Assembly: GCA_017521285.1 (NCBI GenBank)
Contig: JAFXDG010000131.1
Span: forward strand, 40,628 to 104,627
Length of the DNA stretch: 64,000 nucleotides
Source of the DNA: Bacteroidaceae bacterium
GTDB lineage: Bacteria; Bacteroidota; Bacteroidia; Bacteroidales; Bacteroidaceae
Reading direction: 5' to 3'
In this document: positions 53,209 through 64,000 of the stretch, one piece after another
Position numbering within the stretch: the first letter of the stretch is position 1
Layout: each line of letters opens with the position of its first letter
Made by a program: the position numbers and the translations under genes
The notes under the pieces: generated by a model
Told to the model about the DNA's origin: nothing
The model's database searches: none
Seen by the model: the letters and a program-made list of their open reading frames with translations, nothing else

Positions 53209-55923
53209 TCACTCAAACTTCCACCAATCAAGGCGCACATCGCCTTCAGCTTCGTCGAAGCAGAGATAGAGGTCGTGAACACCTTGTGCACCGCTGACTT
53301 TTGTCTTGAATGAGCGGTACTTTTCAGCCTTACCGGTAGGTTTGATGACAACGGTACCGACCACAGGACCTTCAGGACTATCAAGACGAACGCTCAACTT
53401 GGCCGAACCTGTACCTGCGGTTGAAATGGTAAAACGCTTGGCTCCTTCGCCAAAGTCAACACCACGCAAACGGATGTACTCGTCCTTATCGATGTGGTAA
53501 ATATACATATTTCGCTTACCCTCAGAGAAAGGCATCTTCTCAACAACACCCGTGTTGTCGAAGCCAACCTTAGCACTCTTCAAGCCGTAAGCCCAGTTGG
53601 ATGTCTCGGCCTCTACACGACGGTATGGATTGAAGGTATGAAGCTGCTCAGCCGGTTGCTGGTCGAGCCAGTAAGGAAGTTCAGGGATAGTACCGTCGGC
53701 ATTGTACTTCATCTCGGTGAAGGTCACTGAACGGCGCTCATAGTGACGAAGAATGTCTATATTCTTCAAATCGTAATTCTGTCCAAAGAGGTAGGTACGT
53801 CCCTTGAAATCGGCAATACCGGGATGGTTACCACGATTACGCGGAGTGTGATCCATGATGTGTCCCTTGTATTCCCACGGACCTGTAGGACTCTTGCTCA
53901 TAGCATAACCGATACCTTCGGGGCAACAGGTAGAGGCAAAAGCCATGTAGTAGTTGTCACCACGCTTATAGCACCAAGGACCTTCCTGATAATCGGGGAT
54001 ACGGGGAAGCTTCACGATGTCGCCACTGGTAGAAATCATGTCCTCGTTCAGTTTCACATAATAGGTATTGGGATTTCCCCAGTACATATAAGCCTGTCCG
54101 TCATCATCAATGAATACGGTGGGGTCAATGTCTTCCCAATGTTCGCGTTGCCATACGAGGGGTTTGCCCAGCGGATCCTTATATGGACCGTATGGAGAAT
54201 CGGCCACCAATACACCGATACCATGTCCGTGAAGAGGTGCATAGAGGTAATATTTGCCATTGCGTGTCACCGTCTGAATGGCCCAACCACCATTGTCACG
54301 GCTACGCCAAGCGAAATCTTTCAATGAAGCTACGGCACCATGCTCTGTCCAGTTGACCATGTCAGTCGTTGAATAGAGCAACCAGTCATACATGAAGAAA
54401 CCAGCCGAGCTACGTTCATTGGGGTCAGCAATATCTTCGGGAGAAGAGTCGTGCGAAGTAAAGAGGAATAGTGTGTCACCAACAACCAACGGCGAGGGGT
54501 CAGCAGTGAACTTGGTTTGGGTCATAGGCATATTGGCCTGCTCCACACCACGCATCTCCCACCAGTCAAAGTTCATCAAATGGGGTCCCTTGCGACCTGT
54601 GAAACAAAGATAGAGGTCATGCACACCGGTAACCTTCGCCTTGATGTCGGCCACCAATGTCTGCCATTTTTCCCAACCACCGGTACCACGCACGTCGAGA
54701 CGAGTGAGAAGCTGGCCTTTCAAACTGTCCACACGTACTTCAATGGCACCACCACGCAAACCACTAGCCACACGGGCAGTAAAGGTACGGGGGAACATAC
54801 GGCCGAAATCAACGGCCTGCAATTTGATGTAGTCACCATTGTGTGCATCGGTCACGTAAACACCGATTTCATCGTTTTGCTCAGTTCTCAATCCGCGAGA
54901 GAAAGCCATCGTCTCAGCTTCCACCTTGCGATAGGGATTGAAGAAACTAACGGGCTTTACACCTTCGTCTGTAGGAAGAATGGTGGGGAAAGAACCGTCG
55001 GGATTGTAGGTGAACTCCTCAATGGCTACACTACGGCCAAAACCGCCTCCACCAGGCAACTTACCCGTGTGGTAGAAGAAGTAGCTGTGTCCCTTATAGT
55101 CGGCCACACCTGCATGATTAGTGAACGACTTTGTGTCAGACAAAGGCATAATCTCACCGGCATACTTCCAAGGCCCTGTGGGTGATGTGGCTGTGCTGTA
55201 TGAGATATGTTCGGGCACACCACCTGCAGCATAGATGAGTTGGTAAGTACCATTACGCTTAGTGAGCCAAGGACCTTCCACATAGCTGTCCTTGTAATTC
55301 TTTCCTTGCTCGCGGTTTTTCATCAAAGGAGCGCCGAAAGCCTCTTCGGTCATATCGGCCAAGATAACATCTCCTTCGTAAGAAATCATGTCCTCGTTGA
55401 GTTTCAGGTAATAGAGCTGAGGATTACCCCAACAAACCCATGCCTGGCCATCGTCATCGATAAACACACTGGGGTCGATATGATCCCAGGAACCATTATC
55501 AAACAAAGGCTTACCGATAGCATCGCGGAAAGGACCTGTAGGCGAATCTCCAACTGCTACACCGATGGCCATACCACCAGAAAGCTTGGAGTGAGCACAA
55601 ATGTACCAATAGAACTTGCCGTTGCGCTCAATCGTCTGAGCAGCCCAAGCACGATCATCTGCCCACGAGAATGATTCAAGGGCAAGGGGCGAACCATGGT
55701 CAACCCAATTGACCATATCGTCAGAAGAATAAACACGCCACTCCTGCATCCAGAAGAAATCAGCGCCATTCTCATCATGACCGGTATATACATACATACG
55801 GCCATCGTGCACCAAAGGAGCCGGGTCAGTAGTAAAACACGTTTGCACAATAGGATTTTGTGCAAAACCTTGTATGGCCGAAGCCAACATGAAAGATAAA
55901 GCAAAAGTTAGTTTCTTGTTCAT
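53209..55923 (-). CDS. Tandem (GH43-CBM6)x2 beta-xylosidase/arabinofuranosidase
   Basis: Two DP(A/S)PLV...WA...IDP.VFIDDDGQA...WGNP...EGPW modules, each followed by an NPYR.VEAET CBM6-like domain. Confidence 0.9.
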   Translation of the reverse strand: MNKKLTFALSFMLASAIQGFAQNPIVQTCFTTDPAPLVHDGRMYVYTGHDENGADFFWMQEWRVYSSDDMVNWVDHGSPLALESFSWADDRAWAAQTIERNGKFYWYICAHSKLSGGMAIGVAVGDSPTGPFRDAIGKPLFDNGSWDHIDPSVFIDDDGQAWVCWGNPQLYYLKLNEDMISYEGDVILADMTEEAFGAPLMKNREQGKNYKDSYVEGPWLTKRNGTYQLIYAAGGVPEHISYSTATSPTGPWKYAGEIMPLSDTKSFTNHAGVADYKGHSYFFYHTGKLPGGGGFGRSVAIEEFTYNPDGSFPTILPTDEGVKPVSFFNPYRKVEAETMAFSRGLRTEQNDEIGVYVTDAHNGDYIKLQAVDFGRMFPRTFTARVASGLRGGAIEVRVDSLKGQLLTRLDVRGTGGWEKWQTLVADIKAKVTGVHDLYLCFTGRKGPHLMNFDWWEMRGVEQANMPMTQTKFTADPSPLVVGDTLFLFTSHDSSPEDIADPNERSSAGFFMYDWLLYSTTDMVNWTEHGAVASLKDFAWRSRDNGGWAIQTVTRNGKYYLYAPLHGHGIGVLVADSPYGPYKDPLGKPLVWQREHWEDIDPTVFIDDDGQAYMYWGNPNTYYVKLNEDMISTSGDIVKLPRIPDYQEGPWCYKRGDNYYMAFASTCCPEGIGYAMSKSPTGPWEYKGHIMDHTPRNRGNHPGIADFKGRTYLFGQNYDLKNIDILRHYERRSVTFTEMKYNADGTIPELPYWLDQQPAEQLHTFNPYRRVEAETSNWAYGLKSAKVGFDNTGVVEKMPFSEGKRNMYIYHIDKDEYIRLRGVDFGEGAKRFTISTAGTGSAKLSVRLDSPEGPVVGTVVIKPTGKAEKYRSFKTKVSGAQGVHDLYLCFDEAEGDVRLDWWKFE

Positions 55924-55941
55924 GGTGTTTTGCTTAAAGAT

Positions 55942-57705
55942 TTATTTAATGATTGTTATATGACTTTTATAAGTTCCGTTTTTCTTAATTTCCTTACGGA
56001 TATACATGCCTGGCGAAGTCGGTTTCACACAAAGACCGGCCATATTGTAATATTCCACCCGCACAACAGGATTATCCACTCCTACATTCTCAATGGCCGA
56101 AACATTACCTTTGCGAAAAAGAGCAGCTTGCCCAACAACCAAATCGGCCCACGGAGCATCAGCAGTGTAGAAAGTAACAACGTAACGTCCCTTTTCATGT
56201 ACATCAAAGGTGAGTGTCTTCAATGTTGTTCCCGAAAAACTGTTGGAAGCAGCATTGCCAACATTGGAAGTAGGAGTCATAGTTTCTGAATAGACAGCAT
56301 CTCCATCGATGTTTTCAATTGAGATGGTCACAGGAGAGAAACTTTCGATATTCCAATTGGCTATGCGATAATACAATTGATAATTGCCAGGATAAAGTGT
56401 CAATGTGGTAGATGTCTCCTTAGCAGCAAAACGGGCATAACCAGCTTTGGCTTTGCCCTCTACATTGCGTGTATAAAGTCCCCATTCAAAATCCTTTTTC
56501 TCTCCAGTGAAATGAAACACACGGCTACCCGAAGAATAGCCTGAGGAAAAGCCTATGCGCTTTTCCTTCCCATCATACGTAGTCCACCCTTCAGGCACAC
56601 TTCCCTCTGCATTGAAAGATTTTGAAAAAACATAACTTCCCGTAGGTTCTTCCACAAGAATAATCTTCTGACTACTTCCTGTGCGTCCTTCATTGTCTGT
56701 AACTACGGCTCGAATAACATTTTCTCCCTTTGTAAGTCCTTCAATTGTGCAAGTATATGGAGCTTCAGTATGTTCACTAATCAATTCTTTACCAATATAA
56801 AACGAAACTTTTTCAACTTCACCGTCCGGGTCACTGGCCGTAGCATTCACTGTAATGGACGGCACTTCAGAAGCGCCACCCATAGTAACGTATGTCAACC
56901 CATCATCAGGAGCTGTAATCTTTACAGAAGGATCTTTCAATTCCAACGAGAAACGCTTACAGAATCTCCATATTTCATCACCTGTTTTCACTCCATTGTC
57001 GTTCGAAATCCAATGTCCTTTATTGGCCATTTCCAACAGGACAACTTCCACACCATTTTCTCCTCCACTCCATGTATGGCGGGTTATGTGGTTTCCACGA
57101 TAAGGTTTTATCACAGTAGCTTTGGTATTGCAACCATTGCGCTTGACCCATCCGGCCAATATACCGGCTACACCACCGAATCCAACCACATCATCCGTCG
57201 TACCATGCGTATGAATAATAGGCACTGGACGTGAACTGGTGTAATTGCCTCCTCCCATCGGATACCCACTGATGGGAGCAAAAGCGGCAAACTTGTCAGC
57301 CATACGGTTCATGGCATGATAGGTGAACATGCCTCCCATAGAGAACCCTGAGATATAGACACGATTGCGGTCGATATCATATTTTTCCACCATCTCATCG
57401 ATGAGGGCTTCCATAAATTTGAGGTCACGGTCGCCACCAATATCCCATCCTTTATTTATTCCTTCAGGGAAAACGGTGACGAACTTGGCAGTATCGGCCA
57501 CTGATTCAATTTGCAACATACCTTTCTGATAGTTGGCATCTTGATTCATACCATGGCACGAAATAAGCAACGGACGCTGTGCCCCCAAATTTTTCGGAGC
57601 ATAGACAATATAACTGCGGGTCGTATTATTTACATTTATGGTTTCGGCATACAAGGGTGCCTGCATGGCCATCCAAGTCAACAATATGGCATAAAGTTTC
57701 TTCAT
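55942..57705 (-). CDS. Secreted LpqC/PHB-depolymerase-like (CE1-type) esterase with Ig-like domain and T9SS-type C-terminus
   Basis: ISCHGMNQ, IDRNRVYISGFSMGG, HTHGTTDDVV, GHW; ASDPDG.V.KV.FY Ig domain; YYNMAG...PGMYI tail. Confidence 0.82.
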   Translation of the reverse strand: MKKLYAILLTWMAMQAPLYAETINVNNTTRSYIVYAPKNLGAQRPLLISCHGMNQDANYQKGMLQIESVADTAKFVTVFPEGINKGWDIGGDRDLKFMEALIDEMVEKYDIDRNRVYISGFSMGGMFTYHAMNRMADKFAAFAPISGYPMGGGNYTSSRPVPIIHTHGTTDDVVGFGGVAGILAGWVKRNGCNTKATVIKPYRGNHITRHTWSGGENGVEVVLLEMANKGHWISNDNGVKTGDEIWRFCKRFSLELKDPSVKITAPDDGLTYVTMGGASEVPSITVNATASDPDGEVEKVSFYIGKELISEHTEAPYTCTIEGLTKGENVIRAVVTDNEGRTGSSQKIILVEEPTGSYVFSKSFNAEGSVPEGWTTYDGKEKRIGFSSGYSSGSRVFHFTGEKKDFEWGLYTRNVEGKAKAGYARFAAKETSTTLTLYPGNYQLYYRIANWNIESFSPVTISIENIDGDAVYSETMTPTSNVGNAASNSFSGTTLKTLTFDVHEKGRYVVTFYTADAPWADLVVGQAALFRKGNVSAIENVGVDNPVVRVEYYNMAGLCVKPTSPGMYIRKEIKKNGTYKSHITIIK

Positions 57706-57726
57706 AAGCAGATTGATTTATCTTAT

Positions 57727-59325
57727 CTATTTCTCTATTACCCAATTTTCCTCTCTATCGTATTCAAATTCATCCACATCCACATATCCCCCACTCTGCT
57801 TGGTGGCATAGTTGAAGATGGCATAACGGGTTCCCATGAAAAGGAGGCGGTAATCGAAACGCATCTTGTAGGGTTTGCCGATGGAAATCCATTCACCTTT
57901 ACCTATTCTATAATAGAAGGTAGCCATATCTTGTCCGCGATTGAAGTCGGCATCGATGCGGAGCTGGATAGTTTTGGCCTTTTTCAGATTCACCTGTTCG
58001 ATGATTTCTTCATCCACCTTAGTGACGGCTTTCTCACGATTGGTCAAGTGCACTTGGGTATTTGACTGGGTCAACGTATAATCCTTACCATCGCGTGCAA
58101 TGGTGAGTACTCCTGAATGGCCGTTGAAAGCAGCAAATCCGCAACGGTCACCATCCTTCATGTGGCGAAGGTCAAGAGTGACGTATGCCGAACAACTGGG
58201 TCCTTCCATACGCTGGCTAATGGTGTTGCGTGCTTCATAGAGGTTAGGCACAACCTTATTGGTCTTCAAACGAAGGAATCCTTTGCGTTCGGTGAGCGAC
58301 CAGGCTTCATCAACCGGATTGTGATTCCATTGCCAGAGGATGTTCAGTTTGTCGTTTTCAAAATCATCACTTGTTACCAGATTCGTACCCTTCACCTCAT
58401 TACCACCTTGGGGCATTTGGGCAGGCACAAGTCCGTTGTCATCACCCAAGATGGGCCATCCGTCAATCCAGCGGCAAGGCATGTGGGTAAGAATACGTCC
58501 CACTCCACCACGGTCTTGGAAAATAACACCGTACCACTTGCCATCGTTGCCATCCACAATAGTACCCTGTCCCACATATCCAGCCTTATCAAAGTCACTT
58601 TGTAGAATCACCTTCTTCTCGTATGGTCCATGAATGTCATCAGCCCGATAGCACACCTGACGACGATGGCGTCCGGGTGCCCACACGTGGGAAATCATCA
58701 GCAAGTAATATTTACCGTCGTGCTTAATCATGCGAGAACCTTCCAAAAGACCGGTTTCATCGGCTTCACGCTGGAAGATTTTACAGTCTGAGCCAGGAAT
58801 GACGCTCTTCAAGTCTTTCGACAATTCACACATTTCGCCAGTACCATACACCACGTACACACGGTCATCATCGTCAAAGAAAAGCGAAGCATCGTGGAAA
58901 TGACGCAAGCGTGAATGGATGGTCCACGGACCGGCTGCATCCTTGGCAGTCATGATGTAGGTGTCGCCTCCTTGGTTGTCGTTAGGGGCAAAAAGGGCGT
59001 AGAACAGACCTTTGTGATATCTCAATGAGGTAGCCCACTGGCCACGGCCGTATGCCGTACCCTCTTCCATGTTGTACTTGGGAGAGTCGGTAAGTTTGTC
59101 AAACAGGTAGCCGATGGTTTCCCAATTGGAGAAATCCTTTGAGCGCATGATGGGTGCTCCGGGCATCAGGTGCATCGTGGTAGTGACCATGTAGTAATAG
59201 TCGCCCACACGAATAACATCAGGGTCAGGGGTATCTGCCCAAATCATTGGATTACGAACTATAGCAATCGAGCTACTGGCAAAAAGCATCAAAATGGATG
59301 CGACAAGAAAGAATATCCGTTTCAT
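57727..59325 (-). CDS. GH43 xylosidase/arabinofuranosidase with C-terminal beta-sandwich
   Basis: [54 protein letters not shown]. Confidence 0.92.
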   Translation of the reverse strand: MKRIFFLVASILMLFASSSIAIVRNPMIWADTPDPDVIRVGDYYYMVTTTMHLMPGAPIMRSKDFSNWETIGYLFDKLTDSPKYNMEEGTAYGRGQWATSLRYHKGLFYALFAPNDNQGGDTYIMTAKDAAGPWTIHSRLRHFHDASLFFDDDDRVYVVYGTGEMCELSKDLKSVIPGSDCKIFQREADETGLLEGSRMIKHDGKYYLLMISHVWAPGRHRRQVCYRADDIHGPYEKKVILQSDFDKAGYVGQGTIVDGNDGKWYGVIFQDRGGVGRILTHMPCRWIDGWPILGDDNGLVPAQMPQGGNEVKGTNLVTSDDFENDKLNILWQWNHNPVDEAWSLTERKGFLRLKTNKVVPNLYEARNTISQRMEGPSCSAYVTLDLRHMKDGDRCGFAAFNGHSGVLTIARDGKDYTLTQSNTQVHLTNREKAVTKVDEEIIEQVNLKKAKTIQLRIDADFNRGQDMATFYYRIGKGEWISIGKPYKMRFDYRLLFMGTRYAIFNYATKQSGGYVDVDEFEYDREENWVIEK

Positions 59326-59447
59326 ATTTTATCTGATTATGATTTTCTACGACAAAAATAGAAAAAACAAGCCAGTATGGGCACAACACTTGTTTCTTAT
59401 ATCTTTCAATTTGTTGCATACCCATGCGAAGAAGCCGCTACGACTAC

Positions 59448-59486
59448 AAAAAAGCGGGCAAACACGCTTTTGCATGTCTGCCCGCC
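59448..59486 (-). terminator. Intrinsic terminator
   Basis: gcgggca...tgcccgc stem plus A-tract; homologous to 62801-62845. Confidence 0.7.
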
Positions 59487-59509
59487 CAAACGAAATTGTA
59501 TGAAAAGAA

Positions 59510-62500
59510 TTACTTCTTGATTACTTTCTCAACACGGATAGTACCGTCGTTCATGAACTTCTTCATGATGACAACACCTTGCTGTGCCTTCATGATGCGA
59601 CGTCCGTTCAAGTCATAGAGTTCGATACCCATTACCTGAGCAGGAGCAGCCACTGTTCCTTCAATACCTTCAACAGCTTCAGTGTAAAGATCAGCATAAT
59701 TAACACCAGGAGCAATATTAGCCATCAAAACCTGAATGTCATTGAAGAATGTGTGTGAAGAAGGACCACCATGTACACCGATGGTAAGCATACCGTCAGC
59801 TACTACAATATTCTGTACCTGAATGTTGAGTGAGGGGAATGACTGGCCAATGCGAGGAGCAGTAACAGAATCAGCCACTTCACCTTCAGCAGTCTGAGAA
59901 GTCTTCACATAGAAGTAAGAATCCTGCAAAGCATTAGGATCTTCGTCTTCACCCATACGTTCACCGAAACCAGCCTTGATAGTATAAACACCGGCAGGAA
60001 GGTCAACAACAGTCTGTTCAGTTACATAGCTTGAACCCCAAGTCTGGAACATACAGTCAGTATAAGTATGACCAGGAGCAGCATCCCAACCCCAGCTGAT
60101 ACCAGGAGCAGGCTGACCTTCGGGAGTTGTCCAACCAGGAACATTCTCAGGACTGTAGTTAGTGCTTTCAAGTTGCTTGTAGATATTCGGATTCTTGAAG
60201 AATACAGTCATATCGTAAGTTTCAGTAACAGTTTCGAGAGTAGTCTCATCAACCTTCTCTGCGAACAATGTATTGTTAGGATCTTTCAATTTACCGTAAA
60301 GCTCAACCTTCACACGGTTCTTCAACTGGTCAGCCAGATTGTCATCGTCAGACATTGCATTGTAAGCATCCACAATCAGCTGGTCGCTGGCTGCAACACC
60401 CAACTTCTGCAATACCTCAGCACCCAGACGCAAACGCTCAACGAGCACCTTGATACCTGTATTGGTAACGCTTGACGGACCTTCAGTAAAGAGTTTGCCT
60501 GCATTGTCAGAAGTAGCCTTCAGTGCGTCAATAGCAGCTTGGAGTTCTTCATCAGCAATCAATTTGATGGCACTACCCTCTTCGTTTACATACTTGGCAA
60601 GAGCTTCCTTCAATTCAATGAAGAGAGGCAGAGAGGCAAACTTGCTTTCGCTATAACCGGCTACAACACCACTTGCGTTATCAACGGTTGAATAGTAAGT
60701 GTCAACCAAGTTGTGGTGAGCATCCATGTCAACGATTGCAGCATTCAGAGTCTTTGTCGCACTTCTGAATACTGAAGGAGCAGTATAAGAAGCATATTCA
60801 GCTTCGTACTTGTCAATCATTGTGCACAAATCAGTGTATGCCTGACCTTCATAAATAGCATCCACATTGGCATCTCTCTTACCCTTAGCTGTCTCAATCA
60901 TTTTCATCAGGTCAACAGCCTCCTCAAAGTCGGCCAAGTTATGACCAATATTGATAGTATATGTAGCAGAACCCCAGAAAGATTCTTCAATGGCATTGTC
61001 TGCATGAATGTCTGAAAGTTCCAGTTCGTAAGCGCCTTCAGCCAAGTCTGCGGTTGACTTGCGGGTCAAAGTAACCTCTTCAGCGTAACCTTCAGCCGGA
61101 GTCACTGTCAATTTCTCACCAGCAAACCAAGCACTCAAATCCTTACAGCTGACAGCCTTGTCAAATACAATCTTGAATTCATTGAAAGTGACAGGGAGGT
61201 TGAATGAACCATTTTCAGGATTGATTGTCATTACCTCGGGAGCTGCAAACTCAACAGGAATAGCGTCATCCACTTCTACGTTAGGATTAAAGAAAGCTAC
61301 ACCGTTATAATCTGCCACATCTTCGAAATCACCATCACGGTAAACCAGACGGTAAGAAGGATTGATAGGATTGATAAAGTTCACTTCCACTTCTGAATCT
61401 TCATCCAACAGGTCGTCAACAAAGATATAGAAACGGCCGTCAGCAAAAGCTTCAATTGAAGCAATTGAGATTTCTTCACCCTCAACCTTCACAGTTGCAC
61501 ATTCAGCGGGATAAACCAAACGACGCTTACCGGTAACAGCAACCAATTCAGAAATGTTAGTCTTGCGACCCATATCCATCAAGATAACCTGACCGCTGTA
61601 CTGAGGAACAATAGCCTTGCTCAACACCTCGAATGTAAGATTATCAAAGAAGAAATCAACGTCTGATTCTCTATTAATAGCAAGATTGAATGCGATAGAT
61701 TGGAAAGTACCACCGCCTGACTGGGCATCAGTCAATGTACCGGTCCTTTCATAACTCTGCCACTCGGTAGTGAAAGCAGGGTTACCAATCATCTCATAGT
61801 GGAGATAGTTACTCGGAGTACTGTGTGCCTGAGTCTCAGTAGTCACATCCATAGATGCACGATAGTCGAACTTCACGCGATACTCTGTACCGGCAGCGAA
61901 AGGTTCGGGAAGTACAATCCAGAACTGAGCATCCCAGTTCTGAGCAGCACCAGCAAATGAACTTACTTTGATACCACGAGAACCATCAACACCGATACCA
62001 TCGGTAATCTCTGAATTGCCGCGAATGTATGCACCGGTTTCATCCACCTTCTCAGGATTATTTTCTACAGACACGAAAGAAATATTTTCCTCACCTTCCA
62101 GATCACTGTTGGTAAGGATATTGATCCAACGAAGATTGGGGTCAGCTCCAGAATTACCACCAGATTCACCTTCTTCGTAAACAGAAAGTTCAAGGTCATC
62201 AATGTAGATGTCACCTTCGAACTGACCGAAGCTGAAGATAAAGCGCTTTCCGCCTTCGCCGTTACACATACATTTCAATCTTACGTCCATCCAATCTACA
62301 TCGAAATCTACAGTACCAAATTCACCTACAGAAGCGTAGTTGTTATCAGCATTCTGAAGACCGATACTGATTTGACCGGCAGCAGAACCTCTTACCTTCA
62401 TGGTAAGCGTGTACTCGTTGTTGGGCAAGAACGGAGTGCCGAAGTCATACGCCATTTGGGCTTCCCAAGATTGCACAGCCGATGGGTTGGTAATCTTCAA

Positions 62501-62665
62501 GGCACCTTCTACAACCTCACGAGTGTGGTTGTTTCCCCAACCGCCCATAGGGCTGGAACCATCGTCGAAGTTAGCCGACAAAAGAACTTTTTTACCAGCA
62601 TCCACGTTCATTGCAAATAGCATTACCAATGCAAATGCAAAAAGTTTACGTAATGTCTTTTTCAT
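59510..62665 (-). CDS. Large acidic secreted protein with two CBM4/CBM22-like modules, Ig-like and helical regions and T9SS-type C-terminus; no catalytic domain recognised
   Basis: Signal peptide; W.AQ......F.....Y.....VR repeats ending IYIDDL / FFFDNL; ELYDLNGRR...KVIKK. TATCTTTG promoter element at about 62729-62736. Confidence 0.7.
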   Translation of the reverse strand: MKKTLRKLFAFALVMLFAMNVDAGKKVLLSANFDDGSSPMGGWGNNHTREVVEGALKITNPSAVQSWEAQMAYDFGTPFLPNNEYTLTMKVRGSAAGQISIGLQNADNNYASVGEFGTVDFDVDWMDVRLKCMCNGEGGKRFIFSFGQFEGDIYIDDLELSVYEEGESGGNSGADPNLRWINILTNSDLEGEENISFVSVENNPEKVDETGAYIRGNSEITDGIGVDGSRGIKVSSFAGAAQNWDAQFWIVLPEPFAAGTEYRVKFDYRASMDVTTETQAHSTPSNYLHYEMIGNPAFTTEWQSYERTGTLTDAQSGGGTFQSIAFNLAINRESDVDFFFDNLTFEVLSKAIVPQYSGQVILMDMGRKTNISELVAVTGKRRLVYPAECATVKVEGEEISIASIEAFADGRFYIFVDDLLDEDSEVEVNFINPINPSYRLVYRDGDFEDVADYNGVAFFNPNVEVDDAIPVEFAAPEVMTINPENGSFNLPVTFNEFKIVFDKAVSCKDLSAWFAGEKLTVTPAEGYAEEVTLTRKSTADLAEGAYELELSDIHADNAIEESFWGSATYTINIGHNLADFEEAVDLMKMIETAKGKRDANVDAIYEGQAYTDLCTMIDKYEAEYASYTAPSVFRSATKTLNAAIVDMDAHHNLVDTYYSTVDNASGVVAGYSESKFASLPLFIELKEALAKYVNEEGSAIKLIADEELQAAIDALKATSDNAGKLFTEGPSSVTNTGIKVLVERLRLGAEVLQKLGVAASDQLIVDAYNAMSDDDNLADQLKNRVKVELYGKLKDPNNTLFAEKVDETTLETVTETYDMTVFFKNPNIYKQLESTNYSPENVPGWTTPEGQPAPGISWGWDAAPGHTYTDCMFQTWGSSYVTEQTVVDLPAGVYTIKAGFGERMGEDEDPNALQDSYFYVKTSQTAEGEVADSVTAPRIGQSFPSLNIQVQNIVVADGMLTIGVHGGPSSHTFFNDIQVLMANIAPGVNYADLYTEAVEGIEGTVAAPAQVMGIELYDLNGRRIMKAQQGVVIMKKFMNDGTIRVEKVIKK

Positions 62666-62800
62666 GTTTTTTGTTTTTAGTTAATAATAAAGTGATTAAA
62701 AATTGTTTTCTCAGTTCTGTTACGATGCAAAGATAGACAATTTACCATACAAGCCGTTTTTCCTTTCGTTTCTTATACCTTTCTATTTGTCTCATTATGC

Positions 62801-62845
62801 AAAAAAGAAGGCGGGCATACACGCTTCGTTGCGTGTGTGCCCGCC
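62801..62845 (-). terminator. Intrinsic terminator
   Basis: ggcgggcatacacgc / gcgtgtgtgcccgcc stem plus A-tract. Confidence 0.75.
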
Positions 62846-62866
62846 CACGGTCTATGAAGGGATTAT

Positions 62867-64000
62867 TTATTTCTTAATCACCTTTTCAACGCGGATAGTA
62901 CCATCGCTCATGTACTTCTTCAGGATAACGATACCCTGTTGAGCCTTCATGATGCGGCGTCCGTTCAAGTCGTAGAGTTCGATACCCACTACCTGAGCAG
63001 GAGCAGCCACAGTACCTTCTACACCTTCTATCACTTCCTGATAAGCGCCGGCATAGTCGAAGCCGTCAGCAGCAGCGGCCATATACAACTTCACTTGGTT
63101 GAAGAATGTATGAGAAGCAGGACCAGCCATAGCACCGATAGTCAGGAAGCCGTCAGCAACTACCACATTCTTGATAGTCATGTTGTCAACGGGGAATGAC
63201 TGACCGATAACAGGAGCATTCAATGTGTCATTACCTACTTCACCTTCAGGAGTTGCAGTAGTTCTTGCATAGAAGTAAGAACCTTCAGCAGAAGCTGCAT
63301 CCATACGTTCACCGAATCCACCCACTACGTTGTAAACACCTGCGGGGAGGTCAACGATTGTCTGTTCTACACAGTAGCTTGCACCCCAAGTCTGGAACAT
63401 GATGTCAACAGAGTTGAAATCTACAGCACCCCAACCGGTAGAGATACCAGGAGCGGCCAATGAATCGGGAGTTGTCCAACCGGGAACAGTCCAAGTATTC
63501 TCAAGCTGGCTGGCAGCATTGTATGAAATACCAGTAGCATACATGTTCGGGTTCTTGACGAATACGGTCAAATCGTATGTTTCAGTGTAGTTCTCCAAGG
63601 TATTGGTATCCAACTTCTCTTCGAACAACTTGTTATCAGCATTCTTCAACTGGCCATAGATTTCCAGCTTCATGCGGTTCTTGATAGCTTCAGCCAGATC
63701 ATCGTCATCGTCCAAAGCATTGATGGCAGCCACAACGAGTTCGTCGTCAGCAGGAACACCCAACTTCTGCAATGATTCGGCAGCCAGACGGAAGCGGTCG
63801 GTCAATACCTTGATACCTGTGTTGGCAACGGCAGAAACACCCTCAGTGAAGAGCTGTCCTGTAGTATTAACCAATACCTGGAGTTCGTCGATTGCAGCCT
63901 GCAATTCAGCATCGTCAACAATCTTCTTCACATCCAAAGTCTCAACTTCGATAGTTTCACCTGTTTCAGGATTAACCTCAGTTGTCACTTTCTTAGTGAT
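62867..64000 (-). CDS. 5'-partial paralogue of the 59510-62665 protein
   Basis: Colinear similarity (ELQAAID, NTGIKVL, TYD.TVF.KNPN, MFQTWG, IGQSFP, SHTFFN) and a near-identical C-terminus; runs off the window end. Confidence 0.85.
   Translation of the reverse strand: MTKKVTTEVNPETGETIEVETLDVKKIVDDAELQAAIDELQVLVNTTGQLFTEGVSAVANTGIKVLTDRFRLAAESLQKLGVPADDELVVAAINALDDDDDLAEAIKNRMKLEIYGQLKNADNKLFEEKLDTNTLENYTETYDLTVFVKNPNMYATGISYNAASQLENTWTVPGWTTPDSLAAPGISTGWGAVDFNSVDIMFQTWGASYCVEQTIVDLPAGVYNVVGGFGERMDAASAEGSYFYARTTATPEGEVGNDTLNAPVIGQSFPVDNMTIKNVVVADGFLTIGAMAGPASHTFFNQVKLYMAAAADGFDYAGAYQEVIEGVEGTVAAPAQVVGIELYDLNGRRIMKAQQGIVILKKYMSDGTIRVEKVIKK

Overview
Bacteroidales (Prevotella-like) chromosomal window, inferred from the gene families, TAnnTTTG promoters and T9SS-type C-termini. 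Most of it is a large xylan/hemicellulose degradation region: GH67, GH115, GH97, CE15, GH3, GH8, GH10-CE1, GH95, GH5-GH43, several GH43, CE1, CE6-CE1, SGNH esterases and two tandem CBM4/22-like secreted paralogues. It also holds a 4Fe-4S/aldo-keto reductase/DUF1893/ECF-S/tatAC operon. Two AT-richer accessory islands interrupt this backbone (about 4.2-16.85 kb and about 32.0-34.3 kb). They share the same non-coding frame, a 48-bp palindrome on the left and a ~520-bp element with 22-bp periodic palindromic repeats on the right, but carry unrelated cargo. Island 1 carries a seven-gene operon in which every product has a predicted export signal (WD40-OmpA-like, TPR-caspase, barrel protein, DUF1566-like lipoprotein, LPP20-like, DUF4384-like, transglutaminase-like). 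It lies behind a long leader able to form mutually exclusive hairpins and is preceded by a small-protein/DUF6169 pair with a duplicated promoter block. Island 2 carries a BspA-type LRR protein next to an apparent orphan abiF-type antitoxin RNA. All family assignments are from motif recognition by eye, with no database searches.
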